A stretch of 64,000 nucleotides of DNA, from assembly GCF_048593235.1 (NCBI RefSeq), contig NC_133617.1, positions 541,736,958 through 541,800,957 on the forward strand. The letters run 5' to 3'. The notes beneath the pieces are model-generated. The model searched no databases, had not been told where the DNA came from, and worked only from the letters and a program-made list of their open reading frames with translations. The translations under genes were made by a program, and so were the position numbers. This stretch comes from Sminthopsis crassicaudata (lineage: Eukaryota). Below, in pieces: positions 1 through 12,767 of the stretch; position 1 is the first letter of the stretch, and each line of letters begins with the position of its first letter.

Positions 1-366
1 TATGATTGAAACAAATGAATAACAAAATGAATAACAAAAAACAAACCTAGAGCACTGAGAGATCACATGACTTGTTGAGAATCATAAAGTCAATGTGTTA
101 TGGAGTTTCTGAACTCAGCTCTTCCTAATTCAAAGGTCAGCTCTCTATATACCAAAATGACTTCTAAGTTTCCTTCTAGTTCTGTATCTATACTAAAACA
201 ATATAGTATAAAAATGGGACTTAATAGAATTTAATTAACTGGCGAGTCAACATGGGCATCCTCTTTCCTAATAGATGGTGTTTTGTACTTGACAAATACA
301 AATGATTATAGCACCAACTGTTCCCTTAAGCCAACATTTAATTTATGATCTAAAAATAATACAAAT

Positions 367-2613
367 GTTTTTTAATAGGAATGGATATTGGGTTTTATCA
401 AATGCTTGATAAAATCCAACATCCATTCCTATTAAAAACACTTGAGAGTATAGGAATAAATGGACTTTTTCTTAAAATAATCAGTAGCATCTATTTAAAA
501 CCATCAATAAGCATCATATGTAATGGGGATAAACTGGAATCATTCCCAATAAGATCAGGAGTGAAACAAGGTTGCCCATTATCACCATTCTTATTCAATA
601 TTGTATTAGAAATGCTAGCTGTGGCAATAAGAGTTGAGAAAGAAATTAAAGGAATTGGAGTAGATAATGAGGAAACCAAACTATTACTCTTTGCTGATGA
701 TATGATGGTATACTTAGAGAACCCCAAAGATTCTACTAAAAAGCTATTAGAAATAATCCACACCTTTAGCAAAGTTGCAGGATACAAAATAAACCCACAT
801 AAATCATCAGCATTCTTATATATCACTAACAAAATCCAACAGTTAGAGCTACAAAGAGAAATTCCATTTAAAGTAACTACCAATATTATAAAATATTTAA
901 AAATCTCTCTGCCAAGGGAAAATAAGAAACTATATGAGCAAAACTACAAAACATTTTCCACACAAATAAAGTATGATCTAACCAATTGGAAAAATATGCT
1001 CTTGGATAGGATGAGCAAATATAATAAAGATGACAATACTACCTAAACTAATCTTTTTATTTAGTGCTATACCAATCAGACTCCAAAAAAACTATTTTAA
1101 GGAGCTAAAAAAAAATAACAACAAAGTTCATATGGAAAAGCAAAAGGTCAAGAATTTCAAGGGAATTAATGAAAAAAAAAAATCAAATGAAGGTGGCCTA
1201 GCTGTACCAGATCTAAAATTATATTATAAAGCAGCAGTTACCAAAACCAATATTGGCTAAGAAATAGACTAGTTGATCAGTGGAATAGGTTAGGTTCAAA
1301 GGAAAAAACAGCCAATAACTTCAATAATCTAGTGTTTGACAAACCCAAAAACCCCAGGTTTTGGGATAAGAACTCACTGTTTGATAAAAATTGCTGAGAA
1401 AAATGTTAATTAGTATGGCAGAAACTAGGTATTGACCCATACCAAGTACACTAAGATCAGGTCAAAATGGGTTCATGATCTAGGCATAAAGAATGAGATT
1501 ATAAATAAATTAGAAGAGCATAGGATAGTTTACCTCTCATACCTGTGGAAAAGGAGGGAATTGAGGACCAAAGAAGAACTAAAGGTCATTATTGATCACA
1601 AAATAGAAAAATTTGATTATATCAAATTGAAAAGTTTTTATACAAACAAAACTAATGGACACAAGATTAGAAGGGAAGTAATAAACTGGGAAAACATTTT
1701 TACAGTCAAAGGTACTGATAAAGGCCTCATTTCTAAAATATATAGAGAATTGATTCTAATTTATAAAAATCAAGCCATTCTCCAATTGATAAATGGTCAA
1801 AGGATATGAATAGATAATTCTCAAATGAAGAAATTGAAACTATTTCTAGGCATATGAAAAAATGCTCCAAGTCATTATTAATCAGAGAAATACAAATTAA
1901 GACAACTCTGAGATACCATACCTGTTAGATTGGCTAGAATGACAGGGAAAGATAATACAGAATGTTGGACTGGATGTGGGAAAATCGGGACACTGATACA
2001 TTGTTGGTGGAATTGTGAATACATCCACCCATTCTGGAGAGCAATTTGGAACTATGCTCAAAGAGTTGTCAAATTGTGCATACTCTTTGATCCAGCAGCA
2101 TTACTACTGGGTTTATATCCCAAAGAGATTTTAAAGAAGGGAAAGGGACCTGTATGTGCAAGAATGCTTGTGGCAGCCCTCTTTGTAGTGGCCAGAACCT
2201 GAAACTAAGTGGATGCCCATCAACTGGAGACTGGCTGAATAAACTGTGGTATATGAATATTATGGAACATTATTGTTCTGTAAGAAATGACCAACAGGAT
2301 GATTTCAGAGAGGCCTGGAGAGACTTACATGAACTGATACTGAGTGAAATGAGCAGGACCAGGAGATCATTATATGCTTCAACAACACTACTATATGATG
2401 ATCAATTCTGATGGACGTGGCCATATTCAACAAGGAGATGAACCAAATCAATTCCAATAGAGCAGTAATGAACTGAACCAGCTACAGCCAGCGAAAGAAC
2501 TCTTGGGGATGACTATGAACCACTACATAGAATTCCAAATCCCTCTATTTTTGTCCACCTGCATTTTTGATTTCTTTCACAGGCTAATTGTACACTGTTT
2601 CAAAGTCCTACTC

Positions 2614-2647
<34 letters not shown>

Positions 2648-2882
2648 TCCCCACAGTATATAAAAGTCCTATTCTTTTTATACAGCAAAATAATTGTTTG
2701 GAAATGTATACATATATTGTATTTAATTTATATTTTAACATATTTAACATGTATTGGTCAACCTGCCATCTGGAGGAGGGGATGTGGGGAAGGAGGGGAA
2801 AAGTTGGAACAAAAGGTTTTGCAATTGTCAATGCTGAAAAATTACCTATGCATAAAATGTTTGTAAATAAATAAATGAAAAT
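367..2882 (+). mobile_element. 5'-truncated LINE-1 (ORF2 RT and C-terminus, 3'UTR, A-rich tail), degenerate
   Basis: ORF 381-1046 has SGVKQGCPLSPFLFNIVLE and LLLFADDMMVYL (RT motifs, FADD at about 690-701). It is followed by frameshifted ORF2 pieces (GTLIHCWWNC...PFWRAIWNY). A 12-bp TSD AATAATACAAAT lies at 355-366 and 2883-2894. Confidence 0.95.
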
Positions 2883-5024
2883 AATAATACAAATAACTAA
2901 GACAAATTCAACTGAATCAAGGGTAGGGATAGTTATAATTGCATGGAATATCAAATTCAAAGGGACTTAGAAACTCACCTATTCCTTAGCATGGGGAATG
3001 CTAATTCCTTAGAATGAGATTTGAAATAACTGTTTTAACTATTCAAAGAGGAAAAAGTCCCTTGGGACACTCCATAGCATCAGGATTATTGCTTGCCCTA
3101 GGAAAGAAGGAGGAAATGAGCATAGTCCTGTTTATGGGAAGAAGGCAAAATAGAGACTAGTTTACCTGAAGAGGAGGTAAGGAAAAGGAAAGAGCAGGTT
3201 GGGCCAGAGGGAGGGAAAACCACAGCTGCCTGAATCTGAAATATTTCTTTCCCATTGAAAGTCAATATCTGAGCTTGGGTTTCCTTCACCTCTTCTATAC
3301 CACTAAAGAAGCACAAATATTTAAGTGTTTATAACTTCTAACTTTTCCACAGTTTGGGGAGGGGGGAGGATGATAGCATTGCTTTCATTTATTTTTGTGT
3401 AAAAAATCTTGGTCTCACTTTCAACTTTGGGAGTACTAGATAGATTACTTATTTTTCCGCGTTGGAAGTTATAAATCTAAAAAAAAAAAAAAATTAAAAA
3501 AAATTTTGTTTTCAAGTTAAGTTTCAGATAATTTAAATAAAAATTTAATCAATACTCATTATCTTCATTTCCAATTTATTTTAAGTGGAGAATCATAAGT
3601 AAATTTGGAAGACACATTCTCACTTAAGTGACTTTTGATGAAGGTGGAATGGAATGAATAAAAACTATTAACATCTGTAAAATGTGTTATACTTATATTC
3701 TGCAATTTATAAATCACAACTGGTAAACCACATTGTCCTTTCAGGAAACATTATTTTAATTCCTTGCATAAACATTGTAAATTGAGTACAGCATTAGTAA
3801 AGGTGAAAGTAAGCAACTGAGATATCTTTTAATACACTAATGAGTCTAGTCTCCAACTCACATTACTACTAATGGGAACTTCATGTATTATATAGAAAAG
3901 AAATAACCCCTGGAAAGAAAATACCAATAATTGAATATAAACTTTATATAACTTAAGCAACAACTTGAAAATAGATTCCTTAATAACAAAAACTTGGAAT
4001 AAGGTACAATTAACATCCTCAAAATGAATATTTACACCACACAATCATTTGTATTCTGTTAAATATTCTGTAAACATGGGAGCACTAAAAGGTTTTCTAG
4101 CTTTAAAAAAAATGCAATTGAAACAAAATATATTCTCTAGTCAGTTATATCTGATTTTTTTCTGAAAGCAGTAATAAACTCATTACTATACTACTGAGAA
4201 TACTATTGCACCTGCTTGTGACTATGACTATGACCCATCCTAAATGACTTAAAGTTGCCACTGATTTATATGCTTTGCTTTAAATCTGCCTGTATACATA
4301 TTATTACATACCATCTACTTTCATTTTTGCACTTTTGTTCCTTAACTAAATTCAACTGAGGATTACTTCTCTTCTATATAATGGATGTCAAGTTTAGGTA
4401 GGGTTTTCTATAATAAATTTTTTAATGTTTTGATCTTCACCATTCAATTTGGGCAAGTTTTTCCAAGAAAGAGTAGAATTTTCAAGTATTTCCTTTTTTA
4501 ATGTAACAAGGCTTAGGGCAAACTCATAAGCCTATTCTTCCTTTATACCCCATCCCACTTTTTTTTCTAAACTACAAACAATTCTTTTAAAGAAAACATA
4601 TGGAAGCCCTTAAAATAACTGGAAGAGGCTATCGGAGGCTAGGCAATTATATATAACATTAAAACCATAACCAGCAAACAAATACACACACACACATATA
4701 TTTTGTGATTTGTGATTTCATGATGAACAGCAGCAATTCTTCGTGGTTAGCTTTACTATAATTCTTAAGAAGTTAAAGTAGTCCTGAAATCAAAAAAGCT
4801 TAAGAATAGATGGTGTAGAGAAATTGTGGTAGGGAAACTCTATAGCAATATAGATAATGTAATTTCTTGTTTAAGACTCCCTGAGTCAGTAAGAGGGAAA
4901 GTGACTTTTTCAAAGTCACCTAGATGATATATATCAATAACAAAACTTGAACTCTGTTCTTACTGACAATAAGGCTTATTTTTATCCACTATGAGGCAAT
5001 TGTCTCCAAAATCATCTCCCATAG

Positions 5025-5496
5025 TGTTTGTTATGGGCCAGAACTCTGAACTTGAAACAAGGATGCTTACAAAGTACTAAGTGGAATTGATGAAACAATG
5101 GTTATCTAGTTTAGTAGGGTTCAGTATGATTGATTTAATCTTACAACAAATAATGGTTTCCTAGAGGTATAATGATTGATTTATACTCATTGTGGAGCAT
5201 ATAAACAGAGACTGAACGCCACAGAAGACAAGCGCACTAGAGGCTCTCAGAGCCAAGGAGACAGAAATTCATTTCACCTTCAGTCTGGCTCCTGTTGGCT
5301 GGCCTAGCTCTCCGGCACTTCCCCCACTGAAACCAAGGCTGGTCTGAAAGGCTCTCCAGAAAGCTGCCCAGCCCCAGGAAAGAGATAATAAAGGATTTGG
5401 ACTTTAACCCCTGGCTACTCTTGTAGTGATTTGCTCAGACTGAAAAGAAGGTTGCCTCCAGAGACCCCCAGGAAAACCGAACCATAGAATATTACA
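5025..5496 (+). mobile_element. Solo LTR, same family as the provirus at 48029
   Basis: It starts TGTT(TGTT)ATGGGCCAGAACTCTGAA, ends AGAATATTACA and contains AATAAA. The flanks CCATAG and CTGTAG are both derivable from a CCGTAG TSD by CpG decay (inference). Confidence 0.9.
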
Positions 5497-6184
5497 CTGT
5501 AGAAAGTAAAGGCCTGATAATTTGAGGGAAGATAATTCATATTATACATCCTTGCTATGATAGCCAACTTAAATCCAGTATCATGCTTACTATTTTTTCC
5601 TGATACTTCCCCGTTCAACCCTAAGTTCCTAACCACCACCCCTTCCTTCTGAGGCAGATGTTGGTCCCTCAGAGCACTTATACGTTAAACTAGTAGTTAT
5701 GTACAACAGATGTTCAGGTGACAGAGAAAATTCCTCCCAAAGCCCTACTCCTCCAGATCATCTTATAGCTATGTCCCAGGGACACACATTTGGAAACAAG
5801 AACCACTTTGTTAAAGCCCTGTTTTATGTCTCTTAATTTGACGTGGAGCAAAGTGATTCTCATATAATAAATAGACAGAAAGGATTTATAATCTGGAGAT
5901 ATCATTACTTTATCTTTCCCTCTTTCCAGCCACCAAGGTCCTCACATCTTCAGTATTATTTTTGACTCCTCACATTTCTTCATCCCATATCCATATATCG
6001 AAGCTGACAAACTTTATTGTCTTTCCTTCACATTTCTCAAATATATATAAAAAAGGATTTAAAAAAAAATCAAATAAGAAGGATAGAGGAAAAATTGGGA
6101 AAAGAAAAGAATGATGAAAAAATATGAAAAGAGTCAACAGCTTGTTAAACAAGGCACAAATAAATACTTTTTTAAAAAAAATTA

Positions 6185-6900
6185 AAGCTTTTTATTTACA
6201 AATCATATGTATGGGTAATTTTTCAACATTGACCCTTGCAAAGCCTTCTGTTCCAAATTATCCCCTGCTTCCCCCTCCCCTAGATAGCAGGTAGTCCAAT
6301 ACATGTTAAATATAATAAAATATATGTTAAATCCAACATATGTATACATATTTATACAGTTATCTTCCTGCACAAGAAAAATCAGGTGAAAAAGAAAAAA
6401 AAAAACTGGGAAAGAATAAGAAATCCAAGTCAACAACAGAAAAAGTGAGAATGCTATGTTGTGGTTCACACTCAGCTCCCATGGTCCTCTCTCTCTAGGT
6501 GTAAATGGCTCTCTTCATCACTGAACAAGTGAAACTGATTTGAATCATCTTATTGTTGATGAGAGTCACATCCAGAATTGATCATTGCATAGTCTTGTTG
6601 TTGTTGGGTATAATGATCTCCTGGTTCTGATCATTTTACTTAACATCAATTCATGTAAGTCACTTCAGGCCTCTCTAAAATTAACTGGCTAATCGTTTCT
6701 TATAGAACAATAATATCCCATAACATTCATATACCATAATTAACCCAACCATTCTCCAACTGATGGATTATTCAACTCAGTTTCCATTCTCTTGCCATTA
6801 CAAAAAGGGCTGCCACAAACATAATTACACATGTAGGTCCCTTTCTCTCCTTTACGATCTTTTTGGGATATAAGCCCTGTAGTAACACTGCAGGATGCAC
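6185..6900 (-). mobile_element. LINE-1 3' end fragment
   Basis: It is the reverse complement of the same 3'UTR and tail type seen at 2200-2880. Confidence 0.85.
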
Positions 6901-7669
6901 TATTTCTTTCATTTCTAAATAAATGGGTATAAACATAATATTTAAAGAGTGTGTGACCAATTTTTTAGGGGTTAAGAGACCCATTACACTACATTATCTT
7001 GCCCATCCCTTTAATCTCCAAAATAACTATATAATCCATTCAATTACTATAGTTCTGCTTCTTCATTTTATCTACAGCCTAGCTTTTTAAATTATGGATT
7101 GTAACCCCATATTAGGCATGTGACTAAATGTGTGGGTCCCAAAATAATGATTTATTATCAATAAATGTTTGACTTATATACCTATTTTATATAACTAGGT
7201 ACCTGGGTCACAAAAATTTCTTGGATGAGAAGGGGTCACAAGTAAAGAAAATTTAAGAAGCACCTATCTAGAAAAACATGAAAATGTGTTTTTTTTTTTC
7301 CCTTTGAACAATTTTTTATTTTGATTTTATAGTAAAAAGAAAAACACATTACCTACACTTTTCTTTACCCTTTCAAAGATAAAAGAAAGGGGAAAATATC
7401 TAAGTAAAAAGACAAAGTGGATTACAGCCAGTGTTGTATAGTAGAAAAAGTTTTTGGAATCGGAGAATCTGAAATACACACATGAAGTACAGAACACAGC
7501 TTTTGATGAGTTGAAAGTACTCCACTGTACATCATTGTAAGAACATTAGTACTTCAAAGAATCATCTGCAGATCTTAAATATTTCTCCTTTCCTCCACTG
7601 ATATAATGCAGCCAATCCAAACCTCTTTATCTTACACGATTCTTGCCCATGACGATCTTGAGAAGTAAA

Positions 7670-7830
7670 GTGGTAGGGATTTTTTCATCAAAAGACCTGG
7701 ATTTGTTACCAGCTCCATTATTAATAACAGATATGGCCTTGGACAAGACACTCTGCCTGTCTCTACCTAATTTTATTATAAAATGAGGGCACTGAAATAA
7801 GTGATCTCTAAGGTTCTTTCCAGTGCTAAT
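7670..7830 (+). mobile_element. MIR-like CORE SINE
   Basis: Core-like motifs ggccttggacaag...tataaaatgaggg...gatctctaaggttctttccag. Confidence 0.65.
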
Positions 7831-10049
7831 CTAATATTGTAAAATATCTACAATTAACTACTTTTTAATTACTACCTTTCATTAACTCTTATTCTCTAAT
7901 CAGAATATTACCAGATAGTGTCTAAATGAGGATATTATCAAATTACTTTAAAAAAAAAATTCACAAACCACATGTCCTATCAATAAGTTCAAATGTGACA
8001 TTTTTATGTATAAAGAGTAAAGTACCATACTTTTATTAGGAGCTATTCATGAAATAGTAAATCAATTAATCTACAACTATTCACATGATGACAAAGTTAA
8101 AAATCTGTTATTCTTGGTTAAATGGAAAGTATTTATGAAAAAACGAATTTGGGTTACTGTCAGTTTCTTAAGGAGAATGTTGAAATTGTTTACTTGTTAT
8201 TAGCTAAGAAGGAATGTTTGATACTGGATTTGCATTTTTAAGTTTTTACACTTTCTTAAATTAAAGAATATTAACATAGCTACTCTAAAGTATATTGGAT
8301 TTAGATTTTAAATATCAAAATAATAATAATCCCTGCTTAAGCAATTGGATGACTAAATGTAGTTTTACAGAGCAGAAATATCAGGAAACTTCTGCTTTCC
8401 CCCAGATTGTTATTCTACTTTAAGAATACCCAACAAGTAAGGAAATATCTATATGCTGAAAATATTTTTTACAGCTAGCATAAACATTTTGACAGTAACT
8501 TGTATCACTCTCATGGGGGAAAAACTTCCTCAATCTCAACTTTCTAATCTATGTAATGTATCGATTTACAAACTTATAAAATTCTAAATTTCTTCTCTGC
8601 ATCAATTATAACTCACATAGTTCCCTGAGCAGCATTTAAAAAGCAAAGAAGTGCAAACAATATTCTGCTTGCTGACACTGGAAAAAATTTAGCTAGCATT
8701 GCTTCCGAACTTCACAATTTTAAAACTGCAAATACCCTCCCTTTTCTAGAGGAAAAGCTACTGCTGCAACATGCCAATTTTGAAACTCCACATCCTCTTG
8801 AAACTGCTTTTAATCCATCACTGCTAATATGATATCTGCCTATTTACCCTGCCAAAAAGAGTTTGGGGAACAGGATAGTAACAAATTTGATTAATGATAA
8901 TTTTTTTTCCCTCTTGTTAGCAAGGCTATAAAATGTACAGACCTCTGTCCCAAGCTTCTTTAAAAAGCTATACAATTTAAATAATAGAAGATCAGCTGTG
9001 AGAAATATATAGTAAATTCAAAAAAAGAAATAAAAAAGCATGACTACAAAAAACAATATTTCTACCTCACTTTAAGGAAACAATAAAAAGGGCCCTGGTT
9101 AATCTTAGAATCAAATTCTAGAGCTGGAAAAGACCTTATAAGGCTATCAAATCGTACCTCATCTTTTTATATATAAAGAAACTTCTTGGGGAGAGGATAG
9201 CATTAATAATTTGCCTAAAGTTACACAGGCAATATCAGAGCTGCAATCTAACCTTAGTCAGTACTCTTTCAACTAAATGTGCTACCTCCTGTCAAAAATT
9301 AAATTTGAGGAATATAAAGGGGATTTATGTAGAAATTATTAAAATACAAGATAGCTGTAAGGAAGACTTCTCCAATATATGTCTGCTAAATGCTCTAAGT
9401 AAGGCTGCTGGGAGGCAGCAAGAGAAAAGATTCTCTTTCTTTTCTTTCTTTGAGCCTGGGGTTTCACTGGGGTAAGGGAGGGACTCCCAGTGAAGTAATC
9501 TTGGGCAGAGAAGATCAGTAGCCACTTAAATGCCACCAGTTTTAGAGAGACCTTGGAAAGAGTAAGAGAAGTGACCAGGCAATAAATAATCCTCTGGGCA
9601 GGGTCATTAGACCCTCAGGAGGTAGCTCCAGAAGGCCCTCACTCTGGGTAAGCAGGGCAGGATTTGTGGCTGGGGCAGTCTAGCATGCAAAGGATACAGT
9701 CAAGCTTTCCATCTGTTGTTACCTCTCATATATACCCAATAATCATGCCAATCTTAAAATGTAAGTTAAGCAAATTTATTTTTAAATGGTTAAAAGCATT
9801 TCATCCAAATAATCAAACAAAAGTCCTAAAAACAACCATGCTAATCCTGTTTCTAAGCCCCTCGTAGAGCTTTAAGGATTTTCGCCAGCAATTACCTGCT
9901 ACTCTGAGAGGTGCACAAGCAAGTAGTTTCTGGTTGGCTGTCTACCAGAGACAGTGGTAAAATGGACTGCTTGTGAGATGAGACGTACATAAACATAAAC
10001 CATACTTCCATCTCTAATTTGGAAAATTTATAAACTAGATGACAGATAG

Positions 10050-10051
<2 letters not shown>

Positions 10052-10090
<39 letters not shown>
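10052..10090 (+). repeat. A39 homopolymer
   Basis: Direct read. Confidence 0.95.
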
Positions 10091-10093
<3 letters not shown>

Positions 10094-10137
10094 TCCAAGC
10101 TTGAACCTAGAATTTAGATATATAAGTCCTAGGACAC

Positions 10138-10290
10138 NNNNNNNNNNNNNNNNNNNNNNNNNNNNNNNNNNNNNNNNNNNNNNNNNNNNNNNNNNNNNNN
10201 NNNNNNNNNNNNNNNNNNNNNNNNNNNNNNNNNNNNNNNNNNNNNNNNNNNNNNNNNNNNNNNNNNNNNNNNNNNNNNNNNNNNNNNNNN
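10138..10290. other. Assembly gap (N run)
   Basis: Direct read. Confidence 1.
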
Positions 10291-11319
10291 TTAAAGATCC
10301 ATAAATATTTTTTAATGGCAGTCAAGGAAATGAACTTTAAAGACCATTCAATTAAATGTTAGTGTTCTTCAAATTAAAGTTGTTTATTTTGCCACGTGTC
10401 AAATTGCCTACACTAAGCACTAACAACATAACAGAGCTTTTCACTTTACATTTGTATTGCCAGGCACACTGGATGTGATAGGATTTGTGATAACTATTTA
10501 TTATTCTCAGAACAATCCTGAGACATGGTTTATTAGTAGTCCTATTTTCCAAATGAGGAGTTACATGGAAAAAGGTTAATTGACTTTGAGGGATAGCAGA
10601 ACACCTAACTGAGATTCTCTGATTCATTGAACATTTTACCTAATCCAGTTCTCATCTATTTTTTAGTTTGTTAAGTGATTCAACAAGCATGAGTATAGTG
10701 GAAACATTATAGTTTTTAAGGTAGAATACCTGAAATAAAATCTTGACTGTCCTACTCACCATCTGTGAGTAAGCTCCCTAGGTCTATTTTCTTATTTGCG
10801 AAGGAGAGGATAAATTGGAGGTAAGGGAGGCAGTGAGAATGAGGCACATGAAGGATTTGAACTAGATGAACTTTCTTAAGTTCAATGGCCCACTTATATG
10901 GCCCTAGAACTTGCACTGGAAGATACTGGTCATCATCTAATCAAACTCCCTCATTTCAGAGATAAGGAAACTGAGTACCAGAAGCACTGATGGACTGTCC
11001 AAGATCATACAGCGATAAGTTCATGAAGTTATAGAGGTAAAACTAAGCAGATCAATAAGGGGCAAGGTCTCAGGAACTCAAGCAAAAGGGCTATCCATTA
11101 GACTTTAAGGACTGGAGCCATATTGATTTCCTCTAAGGCCACCAAATGCCTGAAGTTCCCAAAAAAAGTGAATCTACAATCTTCACTGTGTTCCTCTGTT
11201 TTATTCTTGCTGATGTATAATGGTCATAAAAATAGGAATGATCACAAAGAGAGATGAAATAAAACATCTTCAGTGTAATCTTAAGAAATCACCAAGTATG
11301 GAGCCTCTAACATGCTGGT

Positions 11320-11530
11320 GAAATAGAAAGAATACTGGCTTCTGAGTTAGAAGAATCATGTTTAAATCTCATCTCTGCTATGTATTCATTGTGCAATTTT
11401 GGACAAGTCATTTTCACTTTTTCTGAGCCTCATTTTCATCATCCATAAAATGCAAATAATAGTAATACATATAATGCATATTTAGAGCTGTTATAAGGAC
11501 AGAATGAGATAATGTTTGTAACAAGTCTCT
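11320..11530 (+). mobile_element. MIR-like CORE SINE
   Basis: ttggacaagtca...ctgagcctcattttcatcatccataaaatg core. Confidence 0.7.
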
Positions 11531-11549
11531 TAAATTATAAAGAACTTGC

Positions 11550-11662
11550 TGGGGGCAGCTAGGTGGCACAGTGGATAGAGCACCAGCCCTGAAGTCAGGA
11601 GGACTTGAGATCAAATCTGGCCTCAGATGCTTAACATTTCCTGTGTGACCTGGACAAGTCAC
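11550..11662 (+). mobile_element. Young tRNA-derived marsupial SINE (WSINE1-like), cut by the gap
   Basis: gggggcagctaggtggcacagtggatagagcaccagccctgaagtcaggaggac has a tRNA-like head with A/B-box-like motifs followed by the CORE start. Confidence 0.8.
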
Positions 11663-11800
11663 NNNNNNNNNNNNNNNNNNNNNNNNNNNNNNNNNNNNNN
11701 NNNNNNNNNNNNNNNNNNNNNNNNNNNNNNNNNNNNNNNNNNNNNNNNNNNNNNNNNNNNNNNNNNNNNNNNNNNNNNNNNNNNNNNNNNNNNNNNNNNN
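11663..11800. other. Assembly gap (N run)
   Basis: Direct read. Confidence 1.
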
Positions 11801-12554
11801 CTTTTAAAATCATTAAAATTTGTGTAAATGGAAAAATTACAACTCCCACATCAGAATACAGTTTAAGGTGATAATGAAATCATAGTAAAATCTTTCAACA
11901 ATGCTGATTTTCAGTTATAGCACAAATAAATCTACCATCACTGTTATCTGAATGGAAGGAGAGAAGAAAATAAAAAACATTGAGCAGAGTTCAATGGGAA
12001 GAAAGGTATGGTATTTTCACCCTCAATAAAATTACATTTTCCTCTCTTTCACAGCTGCCAACAATCTCTTTTATTGGAATGTGCATGACAGTGATATGAA
12101 AGAGGATAAGGTTGAAATTGTTGATTTTTAGAGCTATCAATACAGAATCTTTATTTCATGATTGACAGAGTGAAATACAAGGAAAGAATGAATGGCCTGA
12201 GGGTGAGGAAAGGCATGGTTAAGTATGGCATTATTACTGAGAGAATGACATCTAACTTATGAATAAGTCTATTTATATTTTGCCACTATTGATGATGAAT
12301 ATTTAAGACAGAAAATAACTCTGAAAAGTATACCAGAATAATAAGAACATTTTCAGATCAAAGTTGGGAGTTTCTAAAACTTTCCATACATCTAATTCCC
12401 CCCTTGCAACTGAAAACTCTGGCCTCACATGGTCTTGTTCAACCTTTTTTTCTGATCAGTCTGGCCAACTGCCCCACATGGAGTTTCTCCAGGAAAATTT
12501 CTGAATATATACTTGGGTGAAACTTGTACAATCAGTATTCTAAAATGGACCATC

Positions 12555-12711
12555 ATGATGATAAGTTTATTTTTTTTATTGAAGCTTTTTATTTTCAAAA
12601 TATATGTAAGGATAATTTTTCACCATTGACCCTTGCAAAACCTTGTATTTCAATATCCCCCCCTTGCCTCTCTCCTAGATGGCAAATAATCCTATATATG
12701 TTAAACATGGT

Positions 12712-12767
<56 letters not shown>

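Noticed and set aside
5497-5935. Possible second LTR next to the LTR at 5025
   Set aside because: There is an AATAAA, but I could not define TG...CA ends with a TSD.
9892-10098. 68-aa ORF with poly-Phe
   Set aside because: It arises from the homopolymer. Only the splice-site-bounded part is kept, as a candidate exon, and in the FBXL17 frame it terminates early.
10101-11849. ORFs containing X runs
   Set aside because: They are artefacts of the two N gaps.
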